A DNA stretch of 64,000 nucleotides from Spironucleus salmonicida. Its lineage: Eukaryota. Below, in pieces: positions 28,823-39,945 of the stretch (the first letter of the stretch is position 1; each line of letters opens with the position of its first letter). Under the pieces are notes generated by a model. It was given only the letters and a program-made list of their open reading frames with translations, had not been told where the DNA came from and did no database searches. The position numbers and the translations under genes are program-made. The stretch spans positions 372,001 to 436,000 of the forward strand of contig NC_090600.1 of assembly GCF_000497125.1 (NCBI RefSeq). Direction: 5' to 3'.

Positions 28823-28907
28823 CCCCACTTAGCTCAGTTGGTAGAGCGTTTGGCTGTAGAGCTCTGTAGTTACCGAACGGTCACTGGTTCAACTCCGGTA
28901 GTGGGGA
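28823..28907 (+). tRNA. tRNA-Tyr(GTA) with 12-nt intron (28860-28871)
   Basis: CCCCACT/AGTGGGG acceptor stem, GCTC/GAGC D-stem, TTTGG-CT-GTA-G[intron]A-CCGAA, TTCAACT T-loop; 73 nt after splicing. Confidence 0.95.
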
Positions 28908-28970
28908 ATTTTAACTTTCCGGCTCCGCTGCACGGCAACCCCGAGCGCCAGGGCAAAAGATTAAAAGATT

Positions 28971-29042
28971 GGGGAAATCCGGGAATTGAACCCGGGACCT
29001 CCTCTACCCTAAAGAGGAATCATTCCACTAGACCAATTTCCC
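28971..29042 (-). tRNA. tRNA-Pro(AGG)
   Basis: GGGAAAT/ATTTCCC acceptor stem, CCTCT-TT-AGG-GT-AGAGG anticodon arm, CCGGG-TTCAATT-CCCGG T-arm. Confidence 0.95.
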
Positions 29043-29221
29043 ACGGCTATGGGCGCGCCTTCCGGTCCGGCGCGGGCAGCGGGAGACGCGGCGCCCTAGT
29101 GGGCTGAGTTTGGCCAGGGCATGCGGGCGCAGCCCTCGGTGCCCGGCCGTAGCGGGCAGGCAGGCACGGCCGCGCCATGAGGTGCGCCGCGGGGCAGGGG
29201 TAGGAACGATCGAACAGCATC

Positions 29222-29413
29222 TCACTAGAAGTAGTTTTTGATAAGCAGGATCTCATCGCACAGAATCTCGTCCTCCTCCAAAAACTGTGTGTACTGCACG
29301 TGCATGTCAACTAGCTCGCTTTCCGAGGCCACGGGGCGGATCTTCGCGTTCGACTAAGACACCTTTGGGGACACCTTCGTCAGCCTGGCGGACGATCGCA
29401 CTACTTTCTTCAT
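29222..29413 (-). CDS. Small hypothetical protein (63 aa), copy 1
   Basis: MKKVVRSSARLTKVSPK...ILLIKNYFQ*; CCACTCTCCA before the ATG, AGTGA stop; frame kept in copy 2. Confidence 0.65.
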
Positions 29414-30416
29414 TGGAGAGTGGCAAATTTAAGTCTGCTATAATTATATATATTCCGTATAATGGCGGGAAGTTAGCAAAATATAATTCTGTTTATAGGT
29501 CCATATACCATATGCATCAATGGCAATAAGTTATTACTTATTTTTTTTGTTTTAGTTACTAAAAATATTAAAACAGATTACAATATATTAACAAACTTAC
29601 GGTTCATAAAAATTATTTTTACCTGGTATTATAATTTAAATTGTTATATTAAACATTAGAATACTTAAATATTTTAAATAACTATAAACATTATCAATTA
29701 TAAACAATAACTTAAACAAAGTTTTAAATTATACCTACTATATGCGTGGCATGTATTATAATACTAATATTATACATAATTTGCAATAGACACCATCCTT
29801 ATTCGATGGGTAAACTAAACGTATTGTAAATAGTAATAGTACTATTTATAATCACTTAAAAATACTTTGACCTGTAACTATTTACCGGAGACTAATTTAC
29901 TGATTTATATATCATTATCAAAACATCTAATCTAATCCTATATTTGACTAAATCCGCAAAATAGCTATCAGACGCTAAAGGATGTGTATACGCTGCTGAT
30001 AAAGATAATTCTGGCACTTTTAATAAATTTGGTAGAAGATTTCATTATTTTTTTCATTTTTATTCCGTTAGAAACGATATATTTATTTATATTTATTAGG
30101 GAAAATAATTTAAACTAAACTAACATTGGTATGCTTTCATCTGTTTAATTTTACTTTGTTAGCTTACTAAATCTGTTTGGATGTATACTTATTGCAATTG
30201 CTTGTAATGAGGAAACTTTTATTTTCATTTTTGTCAAGAAGAGCATGATAGTGAATATCAATTGCTAGTATGTGTATTATTTCTTTGAAATCAGTATTAG
30301 AAATTATCTTGGCCACCATTACCTAGATGGATTTCTGATTTAATTAAAGCATATATAAAGTACTAATTTTTTCATTATATAATGTTGCAATAATAAACAG
30401 CTCACTAAGTTAACTA

Positions 30417-30953
30417 TCACATCATCTCCAGTTATTTTCGCATCTCCTCTTCCTCGTTGCCTCCGTTGCCTCTTCCCTGGCTTTTGCAAGATGCTATAAA
30501 CTCTTCTACGTCTTTCTATGATATTTCTCTCATCAGCAGGCCAAGAACCTCAGGATCAACTATCTCCTTATCAACCTAAATTTTGCCAAATTTCTGCTCT
30601 AAAATTTTTGAAAATTCGGCGATGTGCTTGTTTTAAAAGCGCTCCTAGCAGAATAGGATAGTAAAGACACTCTTATGCAGCGCCGGGCGAAGGACCTTTG
30701 AGTCGAAGAGTGACTCGTTTTGCTGCAAAAACTGAGCATGAGCCGAAGCTATTTTAGCAGCATCACGCCGGTCGCTGGATGTCATTGCCTCTCTAGCCAG
30801 CATTTCGAGGGTGAAATTGCTCTCTGTGCTGCTGAATAGCTTCAAGTTAGCAGACTCGCATCTTTGATTATGCATAGCAGAAATCTATGTTAATGCTGTT
30901 TTAAGTACTGTCGCATGTAGACGTATGTCCTATAAGGATGGTGAAGATCCCAT
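30417..30953 (-). CDS. Ist1-like ESCRT-III/Vps4 regulator (178 aa), MGSS N-terminus
   Basis: LKTALTQISAMHNQR...RPALHKSVFTILFCQER..HIAEFSKILEQKFGK..VDPEVLGLL..ISQKDVEEFI parallels the Ist1 helical core. Confidence 0.6.
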
Positions 30954-31250
30954 TAGATTTAGAGAAAGGAATATGGTATATTGCTATTTTAATATAATAA
31001 CTATATATTTAGAAATAAAATGCCATTTTTTAATAAAGAATTTCTTCAGTATCTTTAGTGATATAGAATACATAATGAAAGTCTTATTCAAAATAATTAT
31101 TAATAATTGTTCCTTTAATAAATATGAAAATTATAAAAATAATTATAAATAATGTAATGTTTATTCCATAAACTAGCTATAACAGTGTACTCCATGAAGA
31201 GTAATTAATATGGAAGTGATATTTTGATAGTTAATTCTGAATTATATTTT

Positions 31251-32643
31251 CTACTAAATACTGAACCAAGACGTAACCTTTGGCGTGTGTTTTACTATAG
31301 ATGGTAAGAATAAATGCCTCAGCTGCGTGGTTGGATATATTTTGTATAAGGATTAGTGCGTACTGAAATGCTCTAAGGAGTCTTGCCAGTATGGGACTTG
31401 CTAGGAAGATTAGACCTGCCTATGCAAAGACTTCTTTGAAGGACCTTCTTGCGCCTCCTGCCTAAAGGGTACTGTCTTCTTCGATGGGCTGTGCTAACAA
31501 GAATGTGGCGACTGCAACGGTTAGTGTTTTTACACCAAAGAGAGCATTTTGACCTGCATTACCTGCCTTGATGGCTACATGGGAACTGATTGTATGCAGT
31601 GCCAAGAAGGATTCGTATTTGAAAACTCGCAATGTTTGCAGATCTGCGACACTTGTAACGGCAAAGACTGCGTAGTCCAGCTGCGTATAGAGATTTGCTT
31701 TGGGGCATGTTTTACGGGATATATAGGAGATTCTTGCCAGGTTTGCGATGCGCCAAATGGCTACTTTCCAGTTTTATCCTGGTGCTATTAGAAATGCGAC
31801 ACCTGCGTATACGGTGAATGCTTTAACACTGAATCTGGCGATGTGATTTGCACCAGCTGCTACGATAACAGAGTCGGAACGCAGTGCAACAATTGCTTGG
31901 ATGGATATATACTGGCTATGGAAAAATGCTAAAAATAGGTAACAGAGGATAAGTGCTTTTTGGTAGATGTTGACTTAATCTGCATAGGGTGCAGGCCAGG
32001 GAAAGTTTTAGCCGATGCCACATGTCACGATGTCTGCCTGTATCCTTCCTGCTAGGGCACCTGCTATCTGACCGATGTGTCATTTATCTGCCTGGATTGC
32101 TATAACGGGTTCTTGCTGGTGGATCAGAAATGTTATGAGCAAACTGAAAATCCCAAAGGGGACTGCTATATCAAGAGCGAAGAGATTATTTGCATCTGCT
32201 ATCCTGGGTTCTCCGGCGTCGACTGCAGTTCCTGCATCGGAATCATCCAAAATGAGCGGTGCTACATCCGAGATGGCTCAATAACTAGTGGCACCTGCTA
32301 CAAAGATGCACTGGATGCGATGGACAAGTTTTGCTAGACCTGCCAGTACAACTACCAACTTCCGCTGTGCCAGGAATGCTCACCAGGATATGAGATCGAC
32401 CTGGTGGCCATGACATGCTCGGTGTGCGCTACCGGATATCTGGATTCTAACCTACTTCCACCGGACCAGCTGAGCCAAGTTGGGCCCGACCGATGCATTG
32501 CTAAATGCGTTAGCTGCCTGAACGGAGATTGCTATTACTAGGGCGATGCAATTTTTTGCATATAATGCAAAAAGGGGTATGATCCGTCTACTGCGTGCCA
32601 AACGTGCGCTCCCGGTTATTTGCAGTTTGGCGCGTACTGTATC
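31251..32643 (+). pseudogene. Internal fragment of the giant cysteine-rich gene (direct copy of 51751-53143), frame intact
   Basis: Offset 20500, near identical; in-frame TGA upstream at 31225 and no signal peptide; first in-frame ATG at 31579. Confidence 0.85.
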
Positions 32644-32730
32644 CTGGATAGGGATATAAAACTCTGGGAAAACTACCGTAAAAGTGTGCATATTTTGCAG
32701 GTCCTATAATTTACATCCTCTATTTCTTGT

Positions 32731-33504
32731 ATGTTTTAGTCGCACAATTTTCGAAACGTCAAACAGCTGTTCAAGCAGCTTACGTCCTCGGAAGCGGCGG
32801 ATCCAGTTTACACGGGCTTCCTCTCGAACTCGGCAGGCTATGCGTTCTGCCTCATCGAGGCGCCCCACGACAATCTCATCGACTTTTTGCGCCAGCTGCA
32901 GGTCCACACCGCCCGCTCGGAGACGCTGGTGCCCCACCACGCGCTGCTCACCTCCCAGAAGTTCTAAACGTCGCACCTGTTGTCCCAGCCAAAGATATTC
33001 ACCTTTCTGGAGGACGTGGCGCAGCTGTGCCCCCGGTTTGAGTGCTTCACGGCCAGGCTCCCGCAGAACGAAGCAGACTACAAGCCGGCCGAGGCGGCGT
33101 GCTTCGTGAGCGTCAGCGCGCACAAGATGGCGGTGGTCATGAATTTGGCGATTGTCGACGACCTGATCATCGAGGACAAAATCAACGAGATGGGCGACGA
33201 GCTGCCCTGCTTTAGCTACTTTGAGCGATTTTGTGGCATTGCAGACTTGGGCGAGAAGGGAGAGAAGGGGACCGGCAAGCTGAGCTTCTGCGAGATCCCA
33301 GCGGAGCTGAAGGCGCAGTTTGACCAGTTAAGGGAGGACATGAGGGAGCAGAAGGAAGGGGGTGAAATCGACCAGATTTACGACCTGGACCAGTTTATCA
33401 TAGAGCTGGTCAACAACGACTCGGTGAAACTTTTCGAGGACGAGAGTGCAAATCTGAACGAATCGTGGCTCTACGATAATCTGAAGCACATTTTAGGGTT
33501 GTGA
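32731..33504 (+). CDS. N-terminally altered copy of the TEX47-like gene; also in frame with the upstream Cys-rich fragment
   Basis: MFQSHNFRNV-KQLFKQLTSSE... identical downstream to 56491-57345. Confidence 0.5.
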
Positions 33505-33576
33505 AGAATGAGGAATTGTTTATGACGACTTTTACGGTTATTATATAGTACAGCATGCTAATGCTAAAATTGAACA

Positions 33577-34050
33577 ATGTCGCTGGAGGACTTTTTGAAA
33601 GAGCAGAACTTTGTTTCCGTGAATTTGCTAAGAAGGGAGATAGGCGAGGATAAGACAAATCAGCTGCTGGAAGCTCCACAGATGCCGTACTTGTCGTTGC
33701 AGTTTGTAAACAAGAAAGCCTCTTTAGTATTCAACAAGGGGCCGGTTTACGCGTTCCTGACAGACGATGCATTCGACTACGATATAGAGGTCCTGTTCGA
33801 GGAGATAGTTAAGTTCGATGCGCTTTATAGCCAACGTGCCGACTGCCCACAGCATCGCAAGTAAGTCGCCTAAGAGAATTTGCCAAAGGAAACCGTTGAG
33901 CCGGAGCAGAAAGTAATCGACACGGCGGAAGACGCCTACGTGATATAGAGGTAGACAAAAATAAACGACCAGGGAGTAATTGCCACTACAAAGGTAGAGA
34001 AAAAGGTATAAAAGCAAAGCTCCATAATGGGCTTTCTAAAAAAGAAATGA
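33577..34050 (+). CDS. Putative reduced DNA polymerase delta subunit 3 (POLD3/Pol32/Cdc27), 157 aa, copy 1
   Basis: N-terminal FVSVNLLRREI, RQTKINDQGVIATTKV motif and terminal PIP box KQSSIMGFLKKK*. Confidence 0.65.
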
Positions 34051-34061
34051 GACTTTCGGGA

Positions 34062-34562
34062 TCACTTCTTGTACGCGATGGGGCAGCAGACAGTTGCGAC
34101 ATATCTTACTATATGGGAGTACTTCTTGGCGTTCTTTTCGGCAACATACTTCCCAAAAATTTGATTGAGAGCATAGGCAACAAAGATATCCGCAGCTGAT
34201 TTCTTGTCGGCGATGAAAGTGGTGCTGGAAAGCCCCTCGTTGATGCAGGCAAGGTCCTTTTCGAGTCTTGCGGCAACAAGCTTGTCATTGGACGTGAATG
34301 CACACAAGTACTGCAGTAAGCTGTACACACACTGGAGGTAGCAGTCAAACACAGCCACCTTGGCCTCACTCTGAGGAAGTTGCTCGGCCTTCCTCATCAT
34401 ATAAAATATGATGGAAGGGGCGTGATAGACGGAAACTGAGTCGTCAACCAGGAAGTCGCAGTCCACCTTGTCACACTTATTGAAGGTGACCTTCTGGGAC
34501 AAAAATTCGGCAACGGCAGAATAAGTTTTCTGGGCACAGTTACAGTTGGTATAAATTAACAT
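34062..34562 (-). CDS. GST-fold protein (EF-1B gamma N-terminal-like), 166 aa, copy 1
   Basis: LACINEGLSSTTFIADKKSAADIFVAYAL...KYSHIVRYVATV resembles a GST C-terminal domain; AGTGA stop. Confidence 0.75.
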   Translation of the reverse strand: MLIYTNCNCAQKTYSAVAEFLSQKVTFNKCDKVDCDFLVDDSVSVYHAPSIIFYMMRKAEQLPQSEAKVAVFDCYLQCVYSLLQYLCAFTSNDKLVAARLEKDLACINEGLSSTTFIADKKSAADIFVAYALNQIFGKYVAEKNAKKYSHIVRYVATVCCPIAYKK

Positions 34563-34712
34563 TGGCGGAGTGGAATAAAATGTTGGTAGAATCCGATATT
34601 ATGTAAAATAAAGCTCGCCATACTTTTATTGTTGGCATGTTAGTGGGGCTAGCGCCTGGTAACCATATACTGAGCAGCACTGGGACAACTTAATATATGG
34701 GACCGTATTAAA

Positions 34713-35768
34713 TCACCAGACCAGCTCGTCCTTCTCCACGCCGAGCATATCCTTGAGCTTTTGGCCAATTTAATCGAAGGTAAGCATCGCGCTGTCCTCC
34801 TACATACTATTCTGTGCCTCGTTATTTGCTATGATCAATTGCTGCACGGTGTCTGTTCTTATAGGCTGTACGTAGCATAGCACGTTGGTGTTTTTGTTGC
34901 ACGTTACTACCCGCTTTAGCGAGCTACCACCTTTGTCGTTTGGAAATATTGAATGCGATTTGGGTATCGGAGCAGGTGAGATTAAACTAGAATCGGACTG
35001 AGTATTTTTAAGCTCCATCGTAACATTGGTCTATGACCTTTTAAGCTGATCGTAGATTTTCAGGGCCTTCATATTTTCCGTCGGGTCTAGGACACTGTTT
35101 TGTTGCTGCGATGCGGCACGAGTGAATTACTTCCGCTGCAAAAAGCGAGACTTCCAGAAGGCTTTTACGCCCGTTACAATTTTTACCTCTTTCTTCAACT
35201 TCTCATTGGCCTGCGAGTACCACTGGGAGTTGTGGATGGCAAAGTAGATCAGACACAGCAATAGTACGATCAGCGATATTGTGTTCAAAATGATGCTACT
35301 ATAAGACTCAGAGTAGTAATTTTGCGATGCGTGGTGGTAATTTCCCACAGAAGATATAAAAATGGCCCAGATGGCGGATGAGATTAGGTTTATTGAAAAT
35401 TCCACCGCAGAAAGATGCATCATTACGATGATATTAATGACATTAAAAATCAGCTGAGTAATAACACTAAATGTGAAAATTTTATAGTCTAGGATTGCAT
35501 CTATCATTTAAGATGGATTGATGCATCCAACAAATGCATTTACAAGTAAAGCAGAAATAGCAAGTCTGTTTATAGAGCCCATCTCGCCATATTTGATTAA
35601 AATTATCTCATACAGGTAAAACTTGACCCCTATTATCAGGATTGCAATACCTATCAATATTTAGCCATAGATAACAGATCCTCTGGAAGCATCCGATACG
35701 TACCCACTAGAATTAAATTCAGTTATAGCGCTTAAAAATTATGGGAAAACAGGGATAACAATAAACAT
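34713..35768 (-). CDS. 5'-truncated copy of the giant gene: second half of the DMT domain plus cytoplasmic tail (351 aa; may be a pseudogene)
   Basis: Own in-frame ATG at 35768 ([18 protein letters not shown]...), ends KDELVW*. Confidence 0.45.
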
Positions 35769-36033
35769 CTACATGTACCATATAGGAACTCAATGATGAC
35801 GTTCTTCCTCAGAGACTCACTGGGTGGAAACTGCAAGACCTGCATGCTTGCTACACTGGGGTTTGAGGTGTAGAATTTACAGGAGACAATCTCCACTTGT
35901 TAATTTGCATAGAATGTGGCTATGATCAAGAATGCAGCTGTAGTTAACGAGGATATAGATCCAAAACTTTTGATAAAGCGTCTTAAGGAAGAGAATTTAA
36001 GGTTGAAGGAGGAACTAAAACTGTTGAAAGAAG
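35768..36033 (+). pseudogene. Kinesin-9 gene fragment (direct copy of about 58931-59196)
   Basis: [23 protein letters not shown]...LKLLKE with a few substitutions; diverged similarity continues to about 36060. Confidence 0.9.
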
Positions 36034-36076
36034 ATTATTCCAAAATAGTTAAAACATCTCGCCCATCAAAAAAATT

Positions 36077-36147
36077 GGGGAAATCCGAAATTTAACCAGG
36101 GATCTCCTCTACCCTAAAGAAGAATCATACCAGTAGACCAATTTCAT
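36077..36147 (-). pseudogene. Degenerate tRNA-Pro(AGG) pseudogene
   Basis: Aligns to 28971-29042, but the acceptor 5' end, D-loop and T-arm (TTAAATT loop, 1-nt deletion) are disrupted. Confidence 0.85.
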
Positions 36148-36676
36148 TTAAGCATTATAATTCCTTATAGCATATAATAATTATGGTTTTCTTTTATGAA
36201 AATATGGAATCTTCAGAAAAATATTTATGAATCCACGATCTTGGTGTTATTTCCTATTTGTTATAAAATTATTTGTCTTTTTCAAGACAGATTGATATAT
36301 TAGCAGCGGTAATAGTCAAAGTATAATTGTCGAGCCAGCCACTTTTAAAATGTGTATCAACATATATTTGTACAACTATATAGTTATAAAAAATTATCGC
36401 TATAATAATCTCTAATACCTTATTCAAATATATTTTTAAATATTTAATTAGAATATTTTTCTGTTAATACGGTGAATATTAGACTATATTTTTTCTTTTT
36501 ATCATGTTAATGAATTATAATACTTATTTCAATATAAACCAATTGAGAAGTTTCAAAGTACGGAACAAGCATTAATTGCTAATAGGTATTATGCATTGAT
36601 ATTAATGTAGAATTGTTTTGGTATAGTTATATTTTTAAAAATCAATACACTTCTGCATCACACGAATGAAATAATA

Positions 36677-37201
36677 ATGAACATTTTTATTTTATCAAAA
36701 AATCACACAAGAAATGCAGCATATCATATTGATAAACACGTGGGTAAAATGATCGTAGAAGTAGCATAATAACTTTCTAGTGCATTTTTTATAATATCAC
36801 CAATGATAGCAAATTAATATTAACAAGAACATGAAATATATAAGCCTGCTTACTTAAAACATCCTTGTACAATATGGTGTTCATAGTCATTAGAAAATTT
36901 TTTATGGGCGTGTGAATACGGCATTTCTTTAGGAAAAGAATTTAAATCAAGATATGGTAAAATCCACAAATCAACAATAGTTGTACAGAAGCTAAAAGAA
37001 CTTTCACCTAGCACTGATGTATTCCCGAAATAAGGACTAACAGATTTTGCATAAGCAATACCAGATAAATACAAAGATTAAAGTGCCATATCAGCATATA
37101 GATAATATTACAGAAATGACAAGAGAAAATTTGCGACTTGGAAGACACATAATCCTCCTAAATGGTTTAATGGAGAACTTACAGATACATCTTTTGAATG
37201 A
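36677..37201 (+). CDS. Pyrimidine-dimer DNA glycosylase/endonuclease V-like family protein (174 aa), bacterial/phage type
   Basis: MNIFIL...AAYHIDKHVGKMIVEVAQQLS...YKPAYLKHPCTIW...EFKSRYGKIHKS...FAQAIPDKYK..AISAYRQYY..KRKFATWK..PPKWF. Confidence 0.8.
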
Positions 37202-37209
37202 AAATCGTT

Positions 37210-37824
37210 TCATTTCTATCTAACTTTTTTGAAAACACGAGTTTTTGCTTTAGAAATTATAATATTTATAACGTCCAAAACGCTTGAAATATAGTTTACC
37301 TCATTGACCTTAATAACCTAAATATCTTCAGCACCATGCTACCATTTCATTTTTTGAATGTATTGGAAAAAATCTTCAGCATATTCACCTAAAATTACGA
37401 TTAATAGCCTTTTTTAGGCATGCAGCTCGTTATAGCTTTTTTTATCCTTTAAAATATTACTACCAGCAGTCCGTTCCTCCTGAAATGAAATAGTGTTAAA
37501 GACCTCTAAATTAAAATCAAACTGGTTTGCTTTCAGGCGTTCGAAAAACTCAGTGACACTCTTCAGCAGGTCTGGAAACGGTTTTTATTTCTTTGCTGCT
37601 GCTACTGATTGATACATTTTGGATAGAATTGGTTTCAAAGCCGCACTTTCTGTGTTTCTCGACGTGAGGACAATTGGTAGTTTATAAATTTTGGGTGGTG
37701 CTACGATCTATATCGGTGGCAGTGTCAAAATACGTTTTTAAGGTACATAATCAGGGGATTTTCGCTGTTGGATTATGAGGAAAAACTTGTTGTTTTGCAA
37801 CGGTGATGTTGGACATTTTTACAT
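37210..37824 (-). CDS. Hypothetical protein (204 aa)
   Basis: MQKCPTSPLQNNKFFLII...VFKKVRQK*, continuous in table 6. Confidence 0.7.
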
Positions 37825-38853
37825 TTTAATTATTATTATATATCTAATATAATAATATAATTTTTATATTTCGGTCATTTGGTAAAATATATGTAAAATT
37901 GGTAATAAAACCAATTTAAATGATAAATTAAAAAGAAATATAAAAGCTAAAATTGAAAGTATGAATTACTAAATTCTGAAGTAGATTACTACTATTTTCA
38001 TATAAGTAATCAGATTAATATAATCTTTGAATAATATACTTAAAGGCATAAGTAGTATCTAAGGTCTATCAATATTATCAATTCACGTAGATTACATCCA
38101 TGTACTTAGTTTACATTTAACATTGAATGATATTAAAACAATTAAAACATGAAGTTCTAGTTTTATTATGTTTTCAATTTATAACTTTTATATTGTTTCA
38201 GCTAAGAATCATATAGTTTCGTAATAATTATCATTATGACAAGAAAACAGTTACACATCCTTAATTGATAATGTAATGTAAAAAAGAATGTTTTCATTCA
38301 AAATCTTAGTCATTTATAAGTAACTATCCCTAAACTAGCTGATCATCCTTTGAAACTTTTCCATACTCTCTATTTTATACTACACTTAACTCTTACTTAT
38401 TCGATACTTGTTTAAATTAATAGAAAATAAATTTCGTTTTTATACGAAGATATCCTTATTTAGTTTTATAACAACCATAAACTTCATAAGCAATTATAAT
38501 AAGTAAAAATATCAGTATTATTCCGAGTATTATAAAAACTAATGATACAATTTTTAATGGGCAAGAAGGTACGGCATCCACGATAGTACAATTTTTTATA
38601 CACGATGTATTGCAATTACTAAAACTATTCATTTTAAGCTATATGGTATATATTTATATAAAATATTATTATATTTCATTTATAAAAAATCACTGTAATT
38701 TGCAATTTAATGACAACAAAACTACATATATCCAATATTAAGTAATATTCTAAAATATAAAGAAAGATTTTAATGATATTTTATAAATTTTGGATTTTAA
38801 ATTTAATATATTATATTTTTTATAATATTTATATTATTTTATCCCTTCCAATA

Positions 38854-39945
38854 ATGGCTCTCTAACTATCATCGCTCCGAGAGTCGATCCGCTAACATCT
38901 ACCTCCAAAATTAGCAGCAATCGATAGATCACATGAAATAACTCACCCCACATCCTCCGCCCAATATATGACGTTGTCTACCTTTAATTACAAGCCAATT
39001 TGCCTTATTTAGGAGCTATTCTAGCGTGAGTTGCTAATGCTAAGTTAGGGATCAATTACTATTTCTTCAGCACTCAAACTTGCCCCTCCTAACTTTGAAG
39101 TCAAATTACGTGCTTTTGAACTCCAAAATCGCATGCAGAGGGCTATCTCATAGTTCGAGATTCGAACTTACTGTTAGTATGAAGCTTCATAAGGCTTAAA
39201 ATCAGAGCGGTGTGCTAAGCAGACTCGCGAGGAGGAAATTCAGTGCCGGGAAACTTTTCTGGGATTACATTTCGTAAGAAAAATTCAGTATCAAAGCGAG
39301 GCGCAGGCAATTGCAAATTTGATTGAAAAGGAAGGGAAGTAACTCTAAAAGGCGAGTTTTTGGTAGCTTTTAGAAATGCAACAATTTCTGGAAAAATGTG
39401 ATATTCCAAATGGAAATTTTGCAGAGAAAATGTAGCTTGCTTAACTGCGATATAATTTTTACGTCAAGATGCAGAATTCAAAGCGTATTCCTGGTATATA
39501 GGCGTATCAGAAGAATTACAATGATTATATATTTGGTCTGCTAGACTTTCGGCGAAAGCGGCTTCTCAGTTAAATTCAGAAGCAACTCATCGATAAGAAA
39601 GATCGTAGCGGTGCCGGAAAGATTTTTGCAGAAAAGATACTTAAAAAGGTAGGTGATGCTGTTTAAATTTAGTTTATAGTCAATTATATTTGTGTGTTTG
39701 CAGCAGCAGCCAGAGCCAAGTATGAAAGATTAGGGAGGCCGTAGGAGATTTATTATCCTCTAAGGAGCTTAATTTCTCTGTCAAGTGATGTAAAAAATAT
39801 TGAAATAGGTGAAATAAGCAGGAAATGTATTGAAGAAATATATGGCGATTTGAAGATAATGGATCAATTTAAAGAATTTTTACAGAAGCTGGACGAATGT
39901 ATAAGCGTGATTGAGTCGCTGGCAAAAGAACTCAAACAAAAATGA
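38854..39945 (+). CDS. Hypothetical protein (363 aa)
   Basis: MALQLSSLRESIRQHLPP...LAKELKQK*; C-rich tract before the ATG. Confidence 0.75.

Larger units (their letters stand above)
28163..30894 (+). repeat. Direct duplication unit C (partner 45776-48509)
   Basis: About 2.7 kb, offset 17613-17615, scattered substitutions; left boundary falls at the Hop2 stop codon. Confidence 0.95.
32759..35749 (+). repeat. Inverted duplication unit D (partner 54246-57236)
   Basis: About 3.0 kb reverse-complement near-identity; coordinates sum to 89995. Confidence 0.95.

Noticed and set aside
29049-29180. 43-aa ORF MGAPSGPARAAG... in the GC-rich spacer
   Set aside because: Low-complexity Ala/Gly/Pro product expected from base composition; no start or stop signals.
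28487-29310. 206-aa plus-strand ORF and neighbours (also 46100-46923)
   Set aside because: Antisense to Hop2 and running across two tRNA genes; a GC artefact.
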